Shown here piece after piece: positions 1 through 8,419 of a stretch of DNA of 30,298 nt (the first letter of the stretch is position 1; every line of letters starts with the position of its first letter). Under the pieces are notes generated by a model. That model was given only the letters and a program-made list of their open reading frames with translations, made no database searches and had not been told where the DNA came from. A program made the translations under genes and the position numbers. This DNA is from a virus. Taxonomy: Duplodnaviria; Caudoviricetes. The stretch lies in IMG/VR virus record IMGVR_UViG_3300032295_000278, positions 1 through 30,298 of that record. One strand, written 5' to 3'.

Positions 1-123
1 GTGCTTAGGTTTGTCCATTTTGCTTTTGCTACCGTACCTGTGATTGCAGTAACCCAACCCACGTTATTGATAGGATTGTAGTAGTAGTTGCCTTGACTTA
101 AAAGCACATCACTTAATGTAGGA
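1..123. repeat. Terminal direct repeat, left copy (circular assembly overlap)
   Basis: Bases 1-123 are identical to 30176-30298, and an ORF reads in frame across the join. Confidence 0.95.
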
Positions 124-494
124 TTGTATCCATCGGTGTAGTAACCGAACCCCTCTAATCCATAACCTGTGATGTCAGAACCAACCTGAGTAAACGTATT
201 AGTTACCCGTCTATATTTACGGATTGTGAAATTACAATATTGAGCAGTTGGTGTAGCTGCTTGAGTAGTCATCTGAGTTTGTAAACTGTTGTGACTGATG
301 AACTCACGAATGTAAGGACTGACATCGTAATAAGCAGCCGGTGCGTTTGAAGCAGGAATGAGCTTACTTAAAATGTACTGAGGAGCAGTCGGCATTGAGC
401 CTGTATTCCAAAGGTAAATCTCTATCTTAGTTTCTACTTGTCCTGTTTCGTTTATCTCTACGATGTAAGGACTTCTTGCAAATATATTAGGCAT
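1..494 (-). CDS. 5' part of a putative minor tail (distal-tail-like) protein that spans the circular join; about 346 aa in total with 29629-30175
   Basis: ATG at 494 (MPNIFARSPYIVEINETGQVETKIEIYLWN...) is open to base 1 and continues in frame into the 29629..30282 ORF. 494+547=1041 nt=347 codons. It overlaps the stop of 487..1005. Function is inferred from position. Confidence 0.75.
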   Translation of the reverse strand, partial: MPNIFARSPYIVEINETGQVETKIEIYLWNTGSMPTAPQYILSKLIPASNAPAAYYDVSPYIREFISHNSLQTQMTTQAATPTAQYCNFTIRKYRRVTNTFTQVGSDITGYGLEGFGYYTDGYNPTLSDVLLSQGNYYYNPINNVGWVTAITGTVAKAKWTNLS

Positions 495-1005
495 TTTGTT
501 TTAGTATTTCGTCTATTTGTTCGTTAAATAATTCTATCGCTTCCAATCCGTATTTTTCTACCAACTCACTTGGTAACTTTTTGTAAGCATCTTCAAATGG
601 CTTAGTGAAAAACAAACTCGGTTTGATTCCGTTTCTAAATACACTTCGAGCAATCAAAAATGCAAGTGATTTTCTACTCGCAAACTTTCCGTTTTTTCTT
701 GGTGCTATTCCTTTTCTAACTAACCATTTGTCAAATACCTTTGCAGGTGGCATCTTAGATTTATAAGAGTAAGGTGTATTGTACTTCTTTTTTGTACCCG
801 AAACTCCTGCATCTTGGAATACTCCGTAGTTTTCCATAGAGAACTCAATCGAAATGGAGTTAGGCATCGCCTTTACATCGCCCTTAATAGACTCATACAA
901 GCGTTTAGACGAGTTCTTTTTAAGCCTCGAAAGGTTTCGCCTTGACTGACTAACAACGTAGTCTCTAAAGCGTTCTAATTCCTTTTGGACTTCCGTCTTT
1001 TCCAT
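487..1005 (-). CDS. Putative tail completion/neck protein (HK97 gp10-like)
   Basis: Basic 172 aa protein with YG.F.D.G and 'AFLIARSVFRNGIKPSLFFTKPF' motifs typical of virion morphogenesis proteins. It lies in the tail block. Confidence 0.55.
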   Translation of the reverse strand: MEKTEVQKELERFRDYVVSQSRRNLSRLKKNSSKRLYESIKGDVKAMPNSISIEFSMENYGVFQDAGVSGTKKKYNTPYSYKSKMPPAKVFDKWLVRKGIAPRKNGKFASRKSLAFLIARSVFRNGIKPSLFFTKPFEDAYKKLPSELVEKYGLEAIELFNEQIDEILKQNA

Positions 1006-1460
1006 TAGCAGATTGTGACCTCGTTAGGGATGAGTACGTCAAATGTCATAGTCCATCCTGCAAGATAGTTCTCGAAACGCTCAGTAAATGGCTCACAGGT
1101 AGGATTACCGTCAACTACTACTTTGCTATCCCACAAATTACCGTGCAACATAAGTGCATAAGCTCGGTTTAATACCTCTAATTGAGTGTTGAGTACGTCT
1201 TGCTCGTTTGAGTTACCTCTGAAGATGTCAGTAGTCGCTTTCTTGCTGATGTCAACAATGTCCATTGCTATCAATGAGATGTTGAATCGCACTACATTAA
1301 CTTCGAATGAGGCATTGTTTACCATTACGTGCACAAGCGGGAAGATAGTCTGCTTGTTTAAGTCCACCTCGAAGATATCCCCCTCAGTAACGGTGTTTAC
1401 TAACACATCATTGTTGAAATGTGTTTGTAGTGCAGTAGTTATATCGTAAAATCCTTTCAT
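1005..1460 (-). CDS. Putative tail terminator protein
   Basis: Acidic, beta-rich 151 aa protein ending 'PFTERFENYLAGWTMTFDV'. Size and position next to the neck protein fit. Confidence 0.5.
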   Translation of the reverse strand: MKGFYDITTALQTHFNNDVLVNTVTEGDIFEVDLNKQTIFPLVHVMVNNASFEVNVVRFNISLIAMDIVDISKKATTDIFRGNSNEQDVLNTQLEVLNRAYALMLHGNLWDSKVVVDGNPTCEPFTERFENYLAGWTMTFDVLIPNEVTIC

Positions 1461-1739
1461 CGTCTTAGTTGTCTTTCAAGTTGTCGGTGTTCAATTTCGT
1501 TTTTTTGCTTTTCGAATGTGAGATAGGTGAGACATTTAGTAAGTCTGTATTTCGTAACTTCGTCAAACTTTGTGATGTCTCCTTTAGCGAGTCCATAAAT
1601 ACTTTGATACCATCCCCATTGTTTTGCAAACTGAGTTGTTTCGCTAAAGTCTTGCTCATATCCTGACTCTTCTGAATCTCCGTCTCCAAATAAGACAGGG
1701 TAGCCTGCAATAATTCGTTTCCTAAACTCCAAAAAAAAA
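1457..1739 (-). CDS. -1 frame extension of the tail assembly chaperone (GT-like frameshift product, about 254 aa from 2220)
   Basis: A T9 slippery run at 1731-1739 leads into a -1 frame (FFLEFRKRII...WGWYQSIY...CLTYLTFEKQK) open to 1457. Its TGA overlaps the ATG of the next gene. Confidence 0.6.
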
Positions 1740-2220
1740 GCGATGCTGAAATGCAAACATCCAACGGAGCGAACTTCATCAGCTCTTGTGTATCTTGGTT
1801 AGGATTGTACTCTTGTATTTCGTACTTGTCTTTGATTCGTGTTTTGATAGGCCTGTAAAGAACTGCCATTGCTTTGTGGTAAGTTTCCCAACTCTTCAAG
1901 TAATTCTCTAAGTCTACATACTCACCGAAAGTAATCTCTTCAAGATTCGGAATAAAACCGAACTCAATATCCCCTATTGTAAATTTATTAGTGAACTTAG
2001 TCTTAGAACCAAACAACTCGGTAAAATGAGTTATAAGTTGATTTAATGACTTCAGCTTAATCTTGGCAACCTCACTTAGATTTATTCCGCAGAATATCTC
2101 CACCATTTTTTGAGCAATAAACTCCTCGTCATTGCTATTACCTTGAACTTTTAAAAAGTCCTGATAATGCTTTAACGGGATTTCATTTAACTCAGTAGGA
2201 ACTTTTATTTGTACTTCCAT
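1465..2220 (-). CDS. Putative tail assembly chaperone (0-frame product)
   Basis: 251 aa with an internal T TTT TTT slippery heptamer and an overlapping open -1 frame, as in lambda G/GT. It is the first gene after a late promoter motif. Confidence 0.55.
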   Translation of the reverse strand: MEVQIKVPTELNEIPLKHYQDFLKVQGNSNDEEFIAQKMVEIFCGINLSEVAKIKLKSLNQLITHFTELFGSKTKFTNKFTIGDIEFGFIPNLEEITFGEYVDLENYLKSWETYHKAMAVLYRPIKTRIKDKYEIQEYNPNQDTQELMKFAPLDVCISASLFFWSLGNELLQATLSYLETEIQKSQDMSKTLAKQLSLQNNGDGIKVFMDSLKETSQSLTKLRNTDLLNVSPISHSKSKKTKLNTDNLKDN

Positions 2221-2252
2221 ATTTATTAGACGTTTGTTTCTTGTTTTTGTAG
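2218..2252 (-). promoter_or_regulatory. Putative late (phage ECF sigma) promoter
   Basis: Minus strand reads CTAC-N16-CGTCT-AATAA-ATATG. It is one of four copies with identical spacing to the start codon. Confidence 0.65.
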
Positions 2253-2408
2253 CACGTAAGCATAAGCATCGGCCAACATCTTGGTGTGCCTCCTTACGTT
2301 GAATATGTCATTAAACACAATACGCACCTTTTTGCCTGTTTGGTCTTGTATGTATTGCTCAACTACTCTAATCATTTTAGGTAGCTCATCGGATTGCGTA
2401 TTGTCCAT
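2226..2408 (-). CDS. Hypothetical protein
   Basis: 60 aa ORF filling the gap between terminase and chaperone on the coding strand. Confidence 0.55.
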   Translation of the reverse strand: MDNTQSDELPKMIRVVEQYIQDQTGKKVRIVFNDIFNVRRHTKMLADAYAYVLQKQETNV

Positions 2409-3546
2409 AGTTTGATTTTAGTCCGAGTGCTTCCATCTCGTGGTATCTTAGTGCATCAATGGCGTGATTAAAGTGGTCAATAGGTTTGTTCATTCTAACT
2501 CCTTGCTTGTCAACATCCCAACAATATGACCTCAGCTCTTTGATTAGGTTTGTACTTGATTTGGTAACTAAGTATTCTTGCCTTTGCATTACGTCAATAC
2601 CGTAGTTGATAGAGTCCTTTCCTTTAGTGACTCCTTTAATCGTCTTTCCGTAGCGTCTAATCTCTTCGATTGATTTAGGCTCTGAACTATCAGCGTAAAT
2701 AACTACCCCTGACGGAAGTATCTTAGCGATGTCTGAGTTAACCATTCCTGTACGGTAAGCAATTTCGTTTACTATTCGTTTTCCGTTATAATTGTAGATT
2801 TCTATTGCAGCAGTCGGGTCATTCGTGTAACCGAAGTCAAGTCCTATGCCTACCAACTTTGCTTCGTCAGGTATGGTGTCTATCTCTTTCCAATTATTAA
2901 ACACCACCCCCTCAAGACTACCTACCTCACCGAGTCCATACACCCTCCACCAATTTGACCAATAAGAGCTCGTAGATGCTTTGTCACGGTTCTTTTCTAT
3001 TTGGCTTACGATTGATTCGTCTAATGCTTCGTTATCCTTGTAGGTTAAGATTATGAAATCCGTGTCAGGTTCGTCTTTTAGTTCCTTGTGTACCCAAAAC
3101 TCATTGGCAGGGTTAAAGTCCAAGAACACCTCACGCTTTGTACGGATGGCAAGTTCGTTGTATGCCTCGAATGTTACGTTGTTACACTCGTTGATGTACA
3201 AGATATCACGTCTTGCACCTCTGAGCTTTGATGCGTCATCTGCTGAAAAGAATTCTATGGATGAGCCATTAGCGAAATCGTATCTGAGTAGCGTCTTATT
3301 GAATCTATCGTCAAAGTAGCGATTAGTCCAACGCATAACTTTAAGGAAGTCTTTGAGTGCTCCTCTTCGCAAGTGAGGAATTGTCTCAGCTACTACTGAA
3401 ACTTCTAAGCCTTTTTCTTTAGTGCATTTATCTATCAAGATAGGGAGTATGCCAAAAGTCTTGCCTGCTGACGTTCCTCCCTGTATTATCTTGATTCGTT
3501 TTTTTAGAGCGAGGATTTTATTTATCGAGGTAGTTCTCTTGAACAT
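2386..3546 (-). CDS. terL: Terminase large subunit (PBSX/Terminase_3-like)
   Basis: Walker A QGGTSAGKT, Walker B ILYINE, FNP coupling motif, and nuclease motifs GLDFGYTNDP and DHFNHAIDALRY. Start is probably 3546 (or 3552). Confidence 0.93.
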   Translation of the reverse strand: MFKRTTSINKILALKKRIKIIQGGTSAGKTFGILPILIDKCTKEKGLEVSVVAETIPHLRRGALKDFLKVMRWTNRYFDDRFNKTLLRYDFANGSSIEFFSADDASKLRGARRDILYINECNNVTFEAYNELAIRTKREVFLDFNPANEFWVHKELKDEPDTDFIILTYKDNEALDESIVSQIEKNRDKASTSSYWSNWWRVYGLGEVGSLEGVVFNNWKEIDTIPDEAKLVGIGLDFGYTNDPTAAIEIYNYNGKRIVNEIAYRTGMVNSDIAKILPSGVVIYADSSEPKSIEEIRRYGKTIKGVTKGKDSINYGIDVMQRQEYLVTKSSTNLIKELRSYCWDVDKQGVRMNKPIDHFNHAIDALRYHEMEALGLKSNYGQYAIR

Positions 3547-3976
3547 CTGCATCTATTGCTTTTGTTTCGTCAGGGAATAATGGCATCTCCATTGTCACGG
3601 TAGTCTCAGTCTTCTCAGTTAGTCCGTTTAAACGTGCAGTTAAGTTAGCATTGTACTGACCTACTAAGCCTCCGTTGATTTGGTCTGAGCGGATTTCTCG
3701 CTTTATGTATGTAGAGACGGAGCAAAATTCTTGGTAAGCATCGTTTGTATTCTTGATGTAATGCTCAATCCAAAGGTCGTGCTTTTCAAATGCCCATACT
3801 TCAAATCCCTCCATTGACAAGGGAACTTCAAGAGGTTCTGCTACCATATCACCTGTACGTTGATTCAAGGTGTACTTATGGCGAGGATTGTCTTTAACCC
3901 ATACCTTATACTTTCTAAATAGTTCTAATAGAGTTTCAGGACTATCTATTTTTCGTGGTCTTCCTACTTTTGCCAT
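3518..3976 (-). CDS. terS: Terminase small subunit (P22 gp3-like)
   Basis: N-terminal 'GRPRKIDSPE' and C-terminal 'GGLVGQYNANLTARLNGL'. It lies directly upstream of and overlaps terL. Confidence 0.75.
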   Translation of the reverse strand: MAKVGRPRKIDSPETLLELFRKYKVWVKDNPRHKYTLNQRTGDMVAEPLEVPLSMEGFEVWAFEKHDLWIEHYIKNTNDAYQEFCSVSTYIKREIRSDQINGGLVGQYNANLTARLNGLTEKTETTVTMEMPLFPDETKAIDADVQENYLDK

Positions 3977-4121
3977 TTTCTAATTCGTGTTTTTGTAGTT
4001 GTTCTCTGCATATTGCGTATCGTTGGTCTTGGTCATACTCTCTGACCATAGTGTCATCCATCATACATCTTTGAATGAACTCTCCTTTTTGCTCTTTAGG
4101 CAATGGTGTCGGAATAGGCAT
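3942..4121 (-). CDS. Small hypothetical protein (59 aa, not in the ORF track)
   Basis: MPIPTPLPKEQKGEFIQRCMMDDTMVREYDQDQRYAICREQ..., translated by hand. It bridges the gap between two genes and overlaps both. Confidence 0.6.
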   Translation of the reverse strand: MPIPTPLPKEQKGEFIQRCMMDDTMVREYDQDQRYAICREQLQKHELENGKSRKTTKNR

Positions 4122-4479
4122 CGTAAACTTTTTTGAGGTTTAATACTATTTCTCTAAAACAAGAAGCACAAGAGCTTGGTTCTAATCTTATCTTCATTAC
4201 TCGTGAGTATATTTCTCTTACTCTTGTTACTTCACTTGGTTTGAATGTTTGTTGCTCAAGGATTCGTGTTTCCGTAAGCCAATTATACTCCTCCTCAGTT
4301 AAGCACTCAGGTTGACGATATGGAAACCACTCGTTAAGTTTCTTTTTACGCTCATTGCATCCGCAGTCCTCTCCTGCTACAAACTCAACTAACTTTTTGA
4401 TGCCTGTGATTTCAGTTATTTGCTCAATGGTATCTCCTAAGCCTTGAGCTTTCTTTCTTGGTGTTCGTGTTTTTGCCAT
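4096..4479 (-). CDS. Hypothetical protein with Cys motifs (possibly Zn-binding)
   Basis: 127 aa with GLGDTIEQIT, DCGC and SCASC motifs. Confidence 0.6.
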   Translation of the reverse strand: MAKTRTPRKKAQGLGDTIEQITEITGIKKLVEFVAGEDCGCNERKKKLNEWFPYRQPECLTEEEYNWLTETRILEQQTFKPSEVTRVREIYSRVMKIRLEPSSCASCFREIVLNLKKVYDAYSDTIA

Positions 4480-4484
4480 TTCTT

Positions 4485-5012
4485 TTAAATTAAGTTATAA
4501 TCTTGGTTGTTGTAATCTTCGTAGTCTTCTCCTACGTTTTCTCTTAGTCTTTCTTTGCAGTTTTTAATCGTGTTAAATATCGAAGTCAAGCTGATGCCTG
4601 TATCCTTAGCTATATCTCTCATCGATGCGTTGCCTTCCTTGTATACTTTGAATAACATTGAATCGTACCAATGCCAACTGCTAATCTCGTTTTCTATCTT
4701 ATCGTAAATGGTAGAATATGATTCGTGTTTTTCTAAGTCCGTCTCCTCGTAGCATTCTTTGACCTCGTCAAGTGAAACTAAGTTCATCGAGTTTGCTCTT
4801 AGATAGTCAACGTGAACTGCTCGGATTGAAAGCCACATATAAAACTTGTTTAGGCTTCCGTCATCTTTTACCACTCCATCGATATAGTTAAGACGTATGA
4901 TTCTCAAGTATGTTTCTTGAACGATGTCCTCAGACAGTTCTCCTATGCCCATTTTCTTGGCCATTAGTAGCCATTCTTTATGGTTTTGTCCGAGTATTTG
5001 TAGTTTTTCCAT
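4485..5012 (-). CDS. RNA polymerase sigma factor, ECF/sigma-70-like
   Basis: Region 2-like 'SEDIVQETYLRI' and region 4 HTH 'SMRDIAKDTGISLTSIFNTIKNCKERLR'. 175 aa is a typical ECF size. Confidence 0.8.
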   Translation of the reverse strand: MEKLQILGQNHKEWLLMAKKMGIGELSEDIVQETYLRIIRLNYIDGVVKDDGSLNKFYMWLSIRAVHVDYLRANSMNLVSLDEVKECYEETDLEKHESYSTIYDKIENEISSWHWYDSMLFKVYKEGNASMRDIAKDTGISLTSIFNTIKNCKERLRENVGEDYEDYNNQDYNLI

Positions 5013-5027
5013 TGGTTAAATTCTAAA

Positions 5028-5057
5028 CAAATATAAAACTAATTTTTAATCAAGCAA
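5028..5057 (-). promoter_or_regulatory. Bacteroidota housekeeping-type promoter for the sigma/terminase operon
   Basis: TTG-N19-TATATTTG matches the Flavobacterium -33/-7 consensus TTG-N19-TAnnTTTG. Confidence 0.75.
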
Positions 5058-5064
5058 GAAAATT

Positions 5065-5089
5065 AAAAAAGCCACCGATTAAAGTGGCT
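5065..5089 (-). terminator. Intrinsic terminator ending the early operon
   Basis: AGCCAC-TTTAATCG-GTGGCT hairpin followed by a T tract. Confidence 0.75.
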
Positions 5090-5300
5090 CTAAATTGTTT
5101 AAGTAAATCTCCCGTGTGACGTATCTATCTATTTTGTGTAAGGTTGATAAGGTAACGTCTTTTCGGTTGAGGAAGTTGTTTAACTGAAACTGATGCATCT
5201 TGTGTCCGTTTGATTTTATCTCTTGGACTATTTGATTCCGTGTTTTTGTAAGCAATATCCTGTTTAGTTGCTTTCTTAAAGCGTCATCGTCAATGTACAT
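5079..5300 (-). CDS. Putative small HTH DNA-binding protein (XRE-like)
   Basis: 'HQFQLNNFLNRKDVTLSTLHKI' resembles an XRE recognition helix and C-terminus. Start is probably 5300 (MYIDD), next to the upstream stop. Confidence 0.45.
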   Translation of the reverse strand: MYIDDDALRKQLNRILLTKTRNQIVQEIKSNGHKMHQFQLNNFLNRKDVTLSTLHKIDRYVTREIYLNNLEPL

Positions 5301-5301
5301 A

Positions 5302-5532
5302 TCAGAAAGGTAGGTCATCGTCAATACTATCTCCGGTTACTGCTCTCTCAGGTGCTACATAAGGCTCACTAAATGAAGCAGAGAAATAACTACCTGCCTT
5401 GCCTTGTTTTACCCATAGAGCTACCTCCATCTCTTTTCCGTTTACGTTCACCTTTCCTTTGTAGTCAGGATGGTTATCAGCTTTCTTGTTCGTGTTTTTG
5501 AAGATTGCTCCCGTGTTTAACTTGTTTTCCAT
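5302..5532 (-). CDS. Putative single-stranded DNA-binding protein (DUF736-like)
   Basis: 'KKADNHPDYKG...VALW' core and the acidic SSB tail DDDLPF. Confidence 0.65.
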   Translation of the reverse strand: MENKLNTGAIFKNTNKKADNHPDYKGKVNVNGKEMEVALWVKQGKAGSYFSASFSEPYVAPERAVTGDSIDDDLPF

Positions 5533-5545
5533 TTTTTATTTGAGT

Positions 5546-5656
5546 TTAAATATTACTAATTATTGCAGCTATTACTGATATGACTATTGCCATTAGGAGT
5601 ATCATTGTTGAGTAGGCTGCTACTCCCTCTCTCCTGTCTTCTTTGTGTAGTTTCAT
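5546..5656 (-). CDS. Small single-pass membrane protein (36 aa, not in the ORF track)
   Basis: MKLHKEDRREGVAAYSTMILLMAIVISVIAAIISNI has a clean hydrophobic helix. It overlaps the low-complexity tail of 5556..5882 in another frame. Confidence 0.45.
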   Translation of the reverse strand: MKLHKEDRREGVAAYSTMILLMAIVISVIAAIISNI

Positions 5657-5882
5657 TTTCTAAAAATTTAAGTGCTTCATCCGTGTTTTTGAAGTCGTGA
5701 ACAATCCAACTGCTATTCTCGAAATCAAATCTAACTGCTTTGAGATTGTCAAGAGTCCACTTACGAGAACACGGATTGCAACTGAATACCCTTCCTTGTC
5801 TTGACTTAATCTGATAATGTCTTCGGTTATTCTGAAACTCGTCAGCAGGTTTCATCTTAAAACATCTGAAGCAGTAAACCAT
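5556..5882 (-). CDS. Putative zinc-finger protein
   Basis: CFRC...CNPC (CxxC-X27-CxxC). Confidence 0.55.
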   Translation of the reverse strand: MVYCFRCFKMKPADEFQNNRRHYQIKSRQGRVFSCNPCSRKWTLDNLKAVRFDFENSSWIVHDFKNTDEALKFLENETTQRRQERGSSSLLNNDTPNGNSHISNSCNN

Positions 5883-5883
5883 A

Positions 5884-6141
5884 TTATTTTGACTTATTTT
5901 TCATTGCCTCTCGGTAGCCATCGCTGAAGCCTTTGACATAATGAAGTTCAATCTCTTTCTTAATTCGGCTCAAGTAAAGCGTTGCATCCATCAATTCCTC
6001 AAGCAAATGAGTTATCCATTGCTCAAGTGTTAGGTCTTCTCGGTCTAATGTTACTCCGTATTTTTTTAGGCCTGTAGCTGAGCGTTCTGCATACTTCGCC
6101 ATCACGGCTAAAACTACTTTGTCGGTTACTTCTTGGTTCAT
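5884..6141 (-). CDS. Hypothetical protein, possibly a helical nucleotide pyrophosphohydrolase-like fold
   Basis: GLKKYGVTLDREDL...W..HL.EELMDA.LY pattern. The function is tentative. Confidence 0.45.
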   Translation of the reverse strand: MNQEVTDKVVLAVMAKYAERSATGLKKYGVTLDREDLTLEQWITHLLEELMDATLYLSRIKKEIELHYVKGFSDGYREAMKNKSK

Positions 6142-6320
6142 AGTTCGTCTTTTTGTATTGGTCGTAAATCATAAGCAATGCAAATCAATCCTAAGAATGT
6201 CATATCTGCGATAACAAATGGCGTTGTATACCTCATTACAATTGCATCAACAATTGGCAACTTAACATCGTGACTTTTTAAATAATCTTCTAAGTTTTTT
6301 CTTGCTTCTTCTTTTGTCAT
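6138..6320 (-). CDS. Hypothetical protein
   Basis: 60 aa, coupled by ATGA overlaps at both ends. Confidence 0.6.
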   Translation of the reverse strand: MTKEEARKNLEDYLKSHDVKLPIVDAIVMRYTTPFVIADMTFLGLICIAYDLRPIQKDEL

Positions 6321-6997
6321 AGCATTTGAATTAGTGCGTTATAATACTCACGAGCAAGTTCAATCTTTTCTTTTATCTGCTCAATTACTTGTTCGTCTTT
6401 TTGTACGTAGAAAACTTTGACTCTGCGGTTCTTGGGAATGTGTGAAAACTGATGCTTACTCTCTACCTCTTCACGCAAATCTAAGTCCTCGTCAATCTTG
6501 TGTAGTTTCCAATGTGCTCTGCGGATTTCGTCTTCTACCATATCAAGTGGAGTATCTACAAGGCAGTAGCAAAGCATCGATTGAGTCTTTCCTGTAAGCC
6601 ACATATATCCTTGAAGTTGATAAAAGTAGTCCTTGTTAGGAATTTCGGTATCAAAAAACGGAAAGGTAGTAGCATCCCAAGAGCTTTTTACGTCAAGCAA
6701 TACATCCTCCGTGTTTACGTCAGGTGTTCCTGTTATCCAATCGTTCTCAAAATACTCCTCATTCTTGTAGATAAATTTGACGTCTAAGACATCATTTACT
6801 AACGATATAGATTCGTCTTCAACTTGGATGCCTTTGTCCGTGTAACGTGAGCTAAACTCCTTACGGATACCGTATTTATGCTCAAGAACTAACTCGTGGA
6901 TGTAAGTTTTAGCAGTCTGAGATAAGAACTCACCTTTAGAGCGAGGTGTAGCCATCATTTTACCGATAGCTGAACACCTAATTTTGAGAGCTTTCAT
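6317..6997 (-). CDS. YqaJ/lambda-exonuclease-like nuclease
   Basis: Motifs RCS, KG...E, GTPD, DVKSSW and YFYQLQGYMWLTG of the PD-(D/E)XK lambda-exo family. It is adjacent to ERF. Confidence 0.8.
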   Translation of the reverse strand: MKALKIRCSAIGKMMATPRSKGEFLSQTAKTYIHELVLEHKYGIRKEFSSRYTDKGIQVEDESISLVNDVLDVKFIYKNEEYFENDWITGTPDVNTEDVLLDVKSSWDATTFPFFDTEIPNKDYFYQLQGYMWLTGKTQSMLCYCLVDTPLDMVEDEIRRAHWKLHKIDEDLDLREEVESKHQFSHIPKNRRVKVFYVQKDEQVIEQIKEKIELAREYYNALIQML

Positions 6998-7509
6998 AGA
7001 GCGTTAAGGATATCAATTTGACCATCAGTTAACGAGAATGATGCTTCGAGCTTCTCACGTGTGTACTGTCCATTTGAAATGGATGTTACTGCTGCTTGAA
7101 ATCTCTTAGCGTCAATTGCAGGAAGTTTCTTTACTTGCTCTCCTGATGCATCCGTGTCTTTGTCCGTTACAAGTCCCAAAGCAGAGCTTAAAGCATATCT
7201 ACGGTAGTAAGTAACTCCTGAACCAAAAGACTGAAAGTCGTTCATACCTTTCAACTGAACGTAAGGAATGGCACATTCTGATTCGATGAACTCTCCACTA
7301 TCGTGAAAGATTGTAGTCTTTAGGCAGTTTTGCCCATCTACTAAAGTTAACTGCTGAGTGAATCCAAGTCCGTGTTTTTTTAAGATTGGATTGATTACAC
7401 TCAAGATTTTAGGTAAGTCAGAGTAAGAATAACCATAACCTTGTGTTGCCTTGTGAATCACAGGCACTTCTTGTTGGAATGAAGCCAACGATTTAAATAA
7501 ATTTTTCAT
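6994..7509 (-). CDS. erf: ERF-family single-strand annealing protein
   Basis: ERF signature 'Q.FGSGVTYYRRYALSSALGL..D.DTD'. The true start is probably 7509 (MKNLFK), because 7533 lies inside the promoter. Confidence 0.85.
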   Translation of the reverse strand: MKNLFKSLASFQQEVPVIHKATQGYGYSYSDLPKILSVINPILKKHGLGFTQQLTLVDGQNCLKTTIFHDSGEFIESECAIPYVQLKGMNDFQSFGSGVTYYRRYALSSALGLVTDKDTDASGEQVKKLPAIDAKRFQAAVTSISNGQYTREKLEASFSLTDGQIDILNAL

Positions 7510-7521
7510 AGCGTAATAATT

Positions 7522-7539
7522 TGTTATATGCAAATATAA
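7522..7539 (-). promoter_or_regulatory. Bacteroidota-type -7 promoter element for the recombination genes
   Basis: TTATATTTGCATATAACA is an 18-mer identical to the promoter at 14088-14105. There is no clear -33 TTG. Confidence 0.65.
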
Positions 7540-7542
7540 GTA

Positions 7543-7911
7543 TTATTTTGAATTGTTGATACTTTTATCTAAAAAATCTTTCGTTGGCAGCAGAATTCCC
7601 TTACTTGTATTGGAATCTCCTCCTAAAACATCTCTTGAACTGCCTAAATATTTTCTGCAAAGTTGCTTTAAAGTGTCAGTTTTGATTAAAATACAATGGT
7701 CATCGCTGAACCAATAGCACCAATACTCAGCTTCGCTCGTACTTATTCCGCTTTTGTGCCCTCTGCTTTCGTATTCAACAAATATATTACCTGTTTCTAA
7801 GCACTTGAAGTCTCGCTTTACTTCTATTTTCTTGCCTAATAACTCGAATAGTTGAGTCTCGTATTGTTGACCTATCTCCAAGTCATACCTAAAATCGCTA
7901 TTGTGCTGCAT
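7543..7911 (-). CDS. Putative PD-(D/E)XK-fold nuclease
   Basis: 'G..YE...KIEVKRD...TGNIFVEY' ExK pattern. Confidence 0.45.
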   Translation of the reverse strand: MQHNSDFRYDLEIGQQYETQLFELLGKKIEVKRDFKCLETGNIFVEYESRGHKSGISTSEAEYWCYWFSDDHCILIKTDTLKQLCRKYLGSSRDVLGGDSNTSKGILLPTKDFLDKSINNSK

Positions 7912-8419
7912 CTTTTATCTTTTGTTTGTAGGTTTTGATTATATCTTGTAACTCATCTGCTGAATATCTCCGTGTTTCGTTAGCACGTTTACTTAATTCA
8001 TTTAATTTATCCTCTCCAATGCGTTTAATTAAACCATCACGGTAGTTAAGTAGGTTTCCGTGTTTGAATTGGTTACAGGTTACGCATTGAGCGTGTACGT
8101 TATCTTCGTCAAATGTGACTGCTTTATGTCCACCCATAGAATATAAATGTCCTGCGTCATACTTAGTGCCGAGTTTTTGTCCACAACTTACGCAAGGTTT
8201 GTGCTTATCACGTAATCGGATGTACTGATTGAATACTTTTTGAGCTTCTTTCATCCAATCTGAAGTGGTTTTAAGCTCGTTTTTCATACGAACCTTAGTC
8301 TGCTTCCACATTTTCTCTTTTGTCTCTGCTACAAAGGCTCTGATACATTCGTCTTTTAGGCAGTATTTATGGTTGAAGCGTATGGGCTCAAACTTATCTT
8401 TGCAGTTTTTACATCTCAT
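7898..8419 (-). CDS. ninG: NinG/Rap recombination endonuclease
   Basis: N-terminal CKNC, 'AQKVFNQYIRLRD', CVSCG, DAGH and NVHAQCVTCN. Confidence 0.88.
   Translation of the reverse strand: MRCKNCKDKFEPIRFNHKYCLKDECIRAFVAETKEKMWKQTKVRMKNELKTTSDWMKEAQKVFNQYIRLRDKHKPCVSCGQKLGTKYDAGHLYSMGGHKAVTFDEDNVHAQCVTCNQFKHGNLLNYRDGLIKRIGEDKLNELSKRANETRRYSADELQDIIKTYKQKIKDAAQ

Noticed and set aside
1-123. Terminal repeat as a biological DTR or att site
   Set aside because: It falls mid-gene with an exact overlap, which is what circular assembly produces. Nothing marks it as a physical end.
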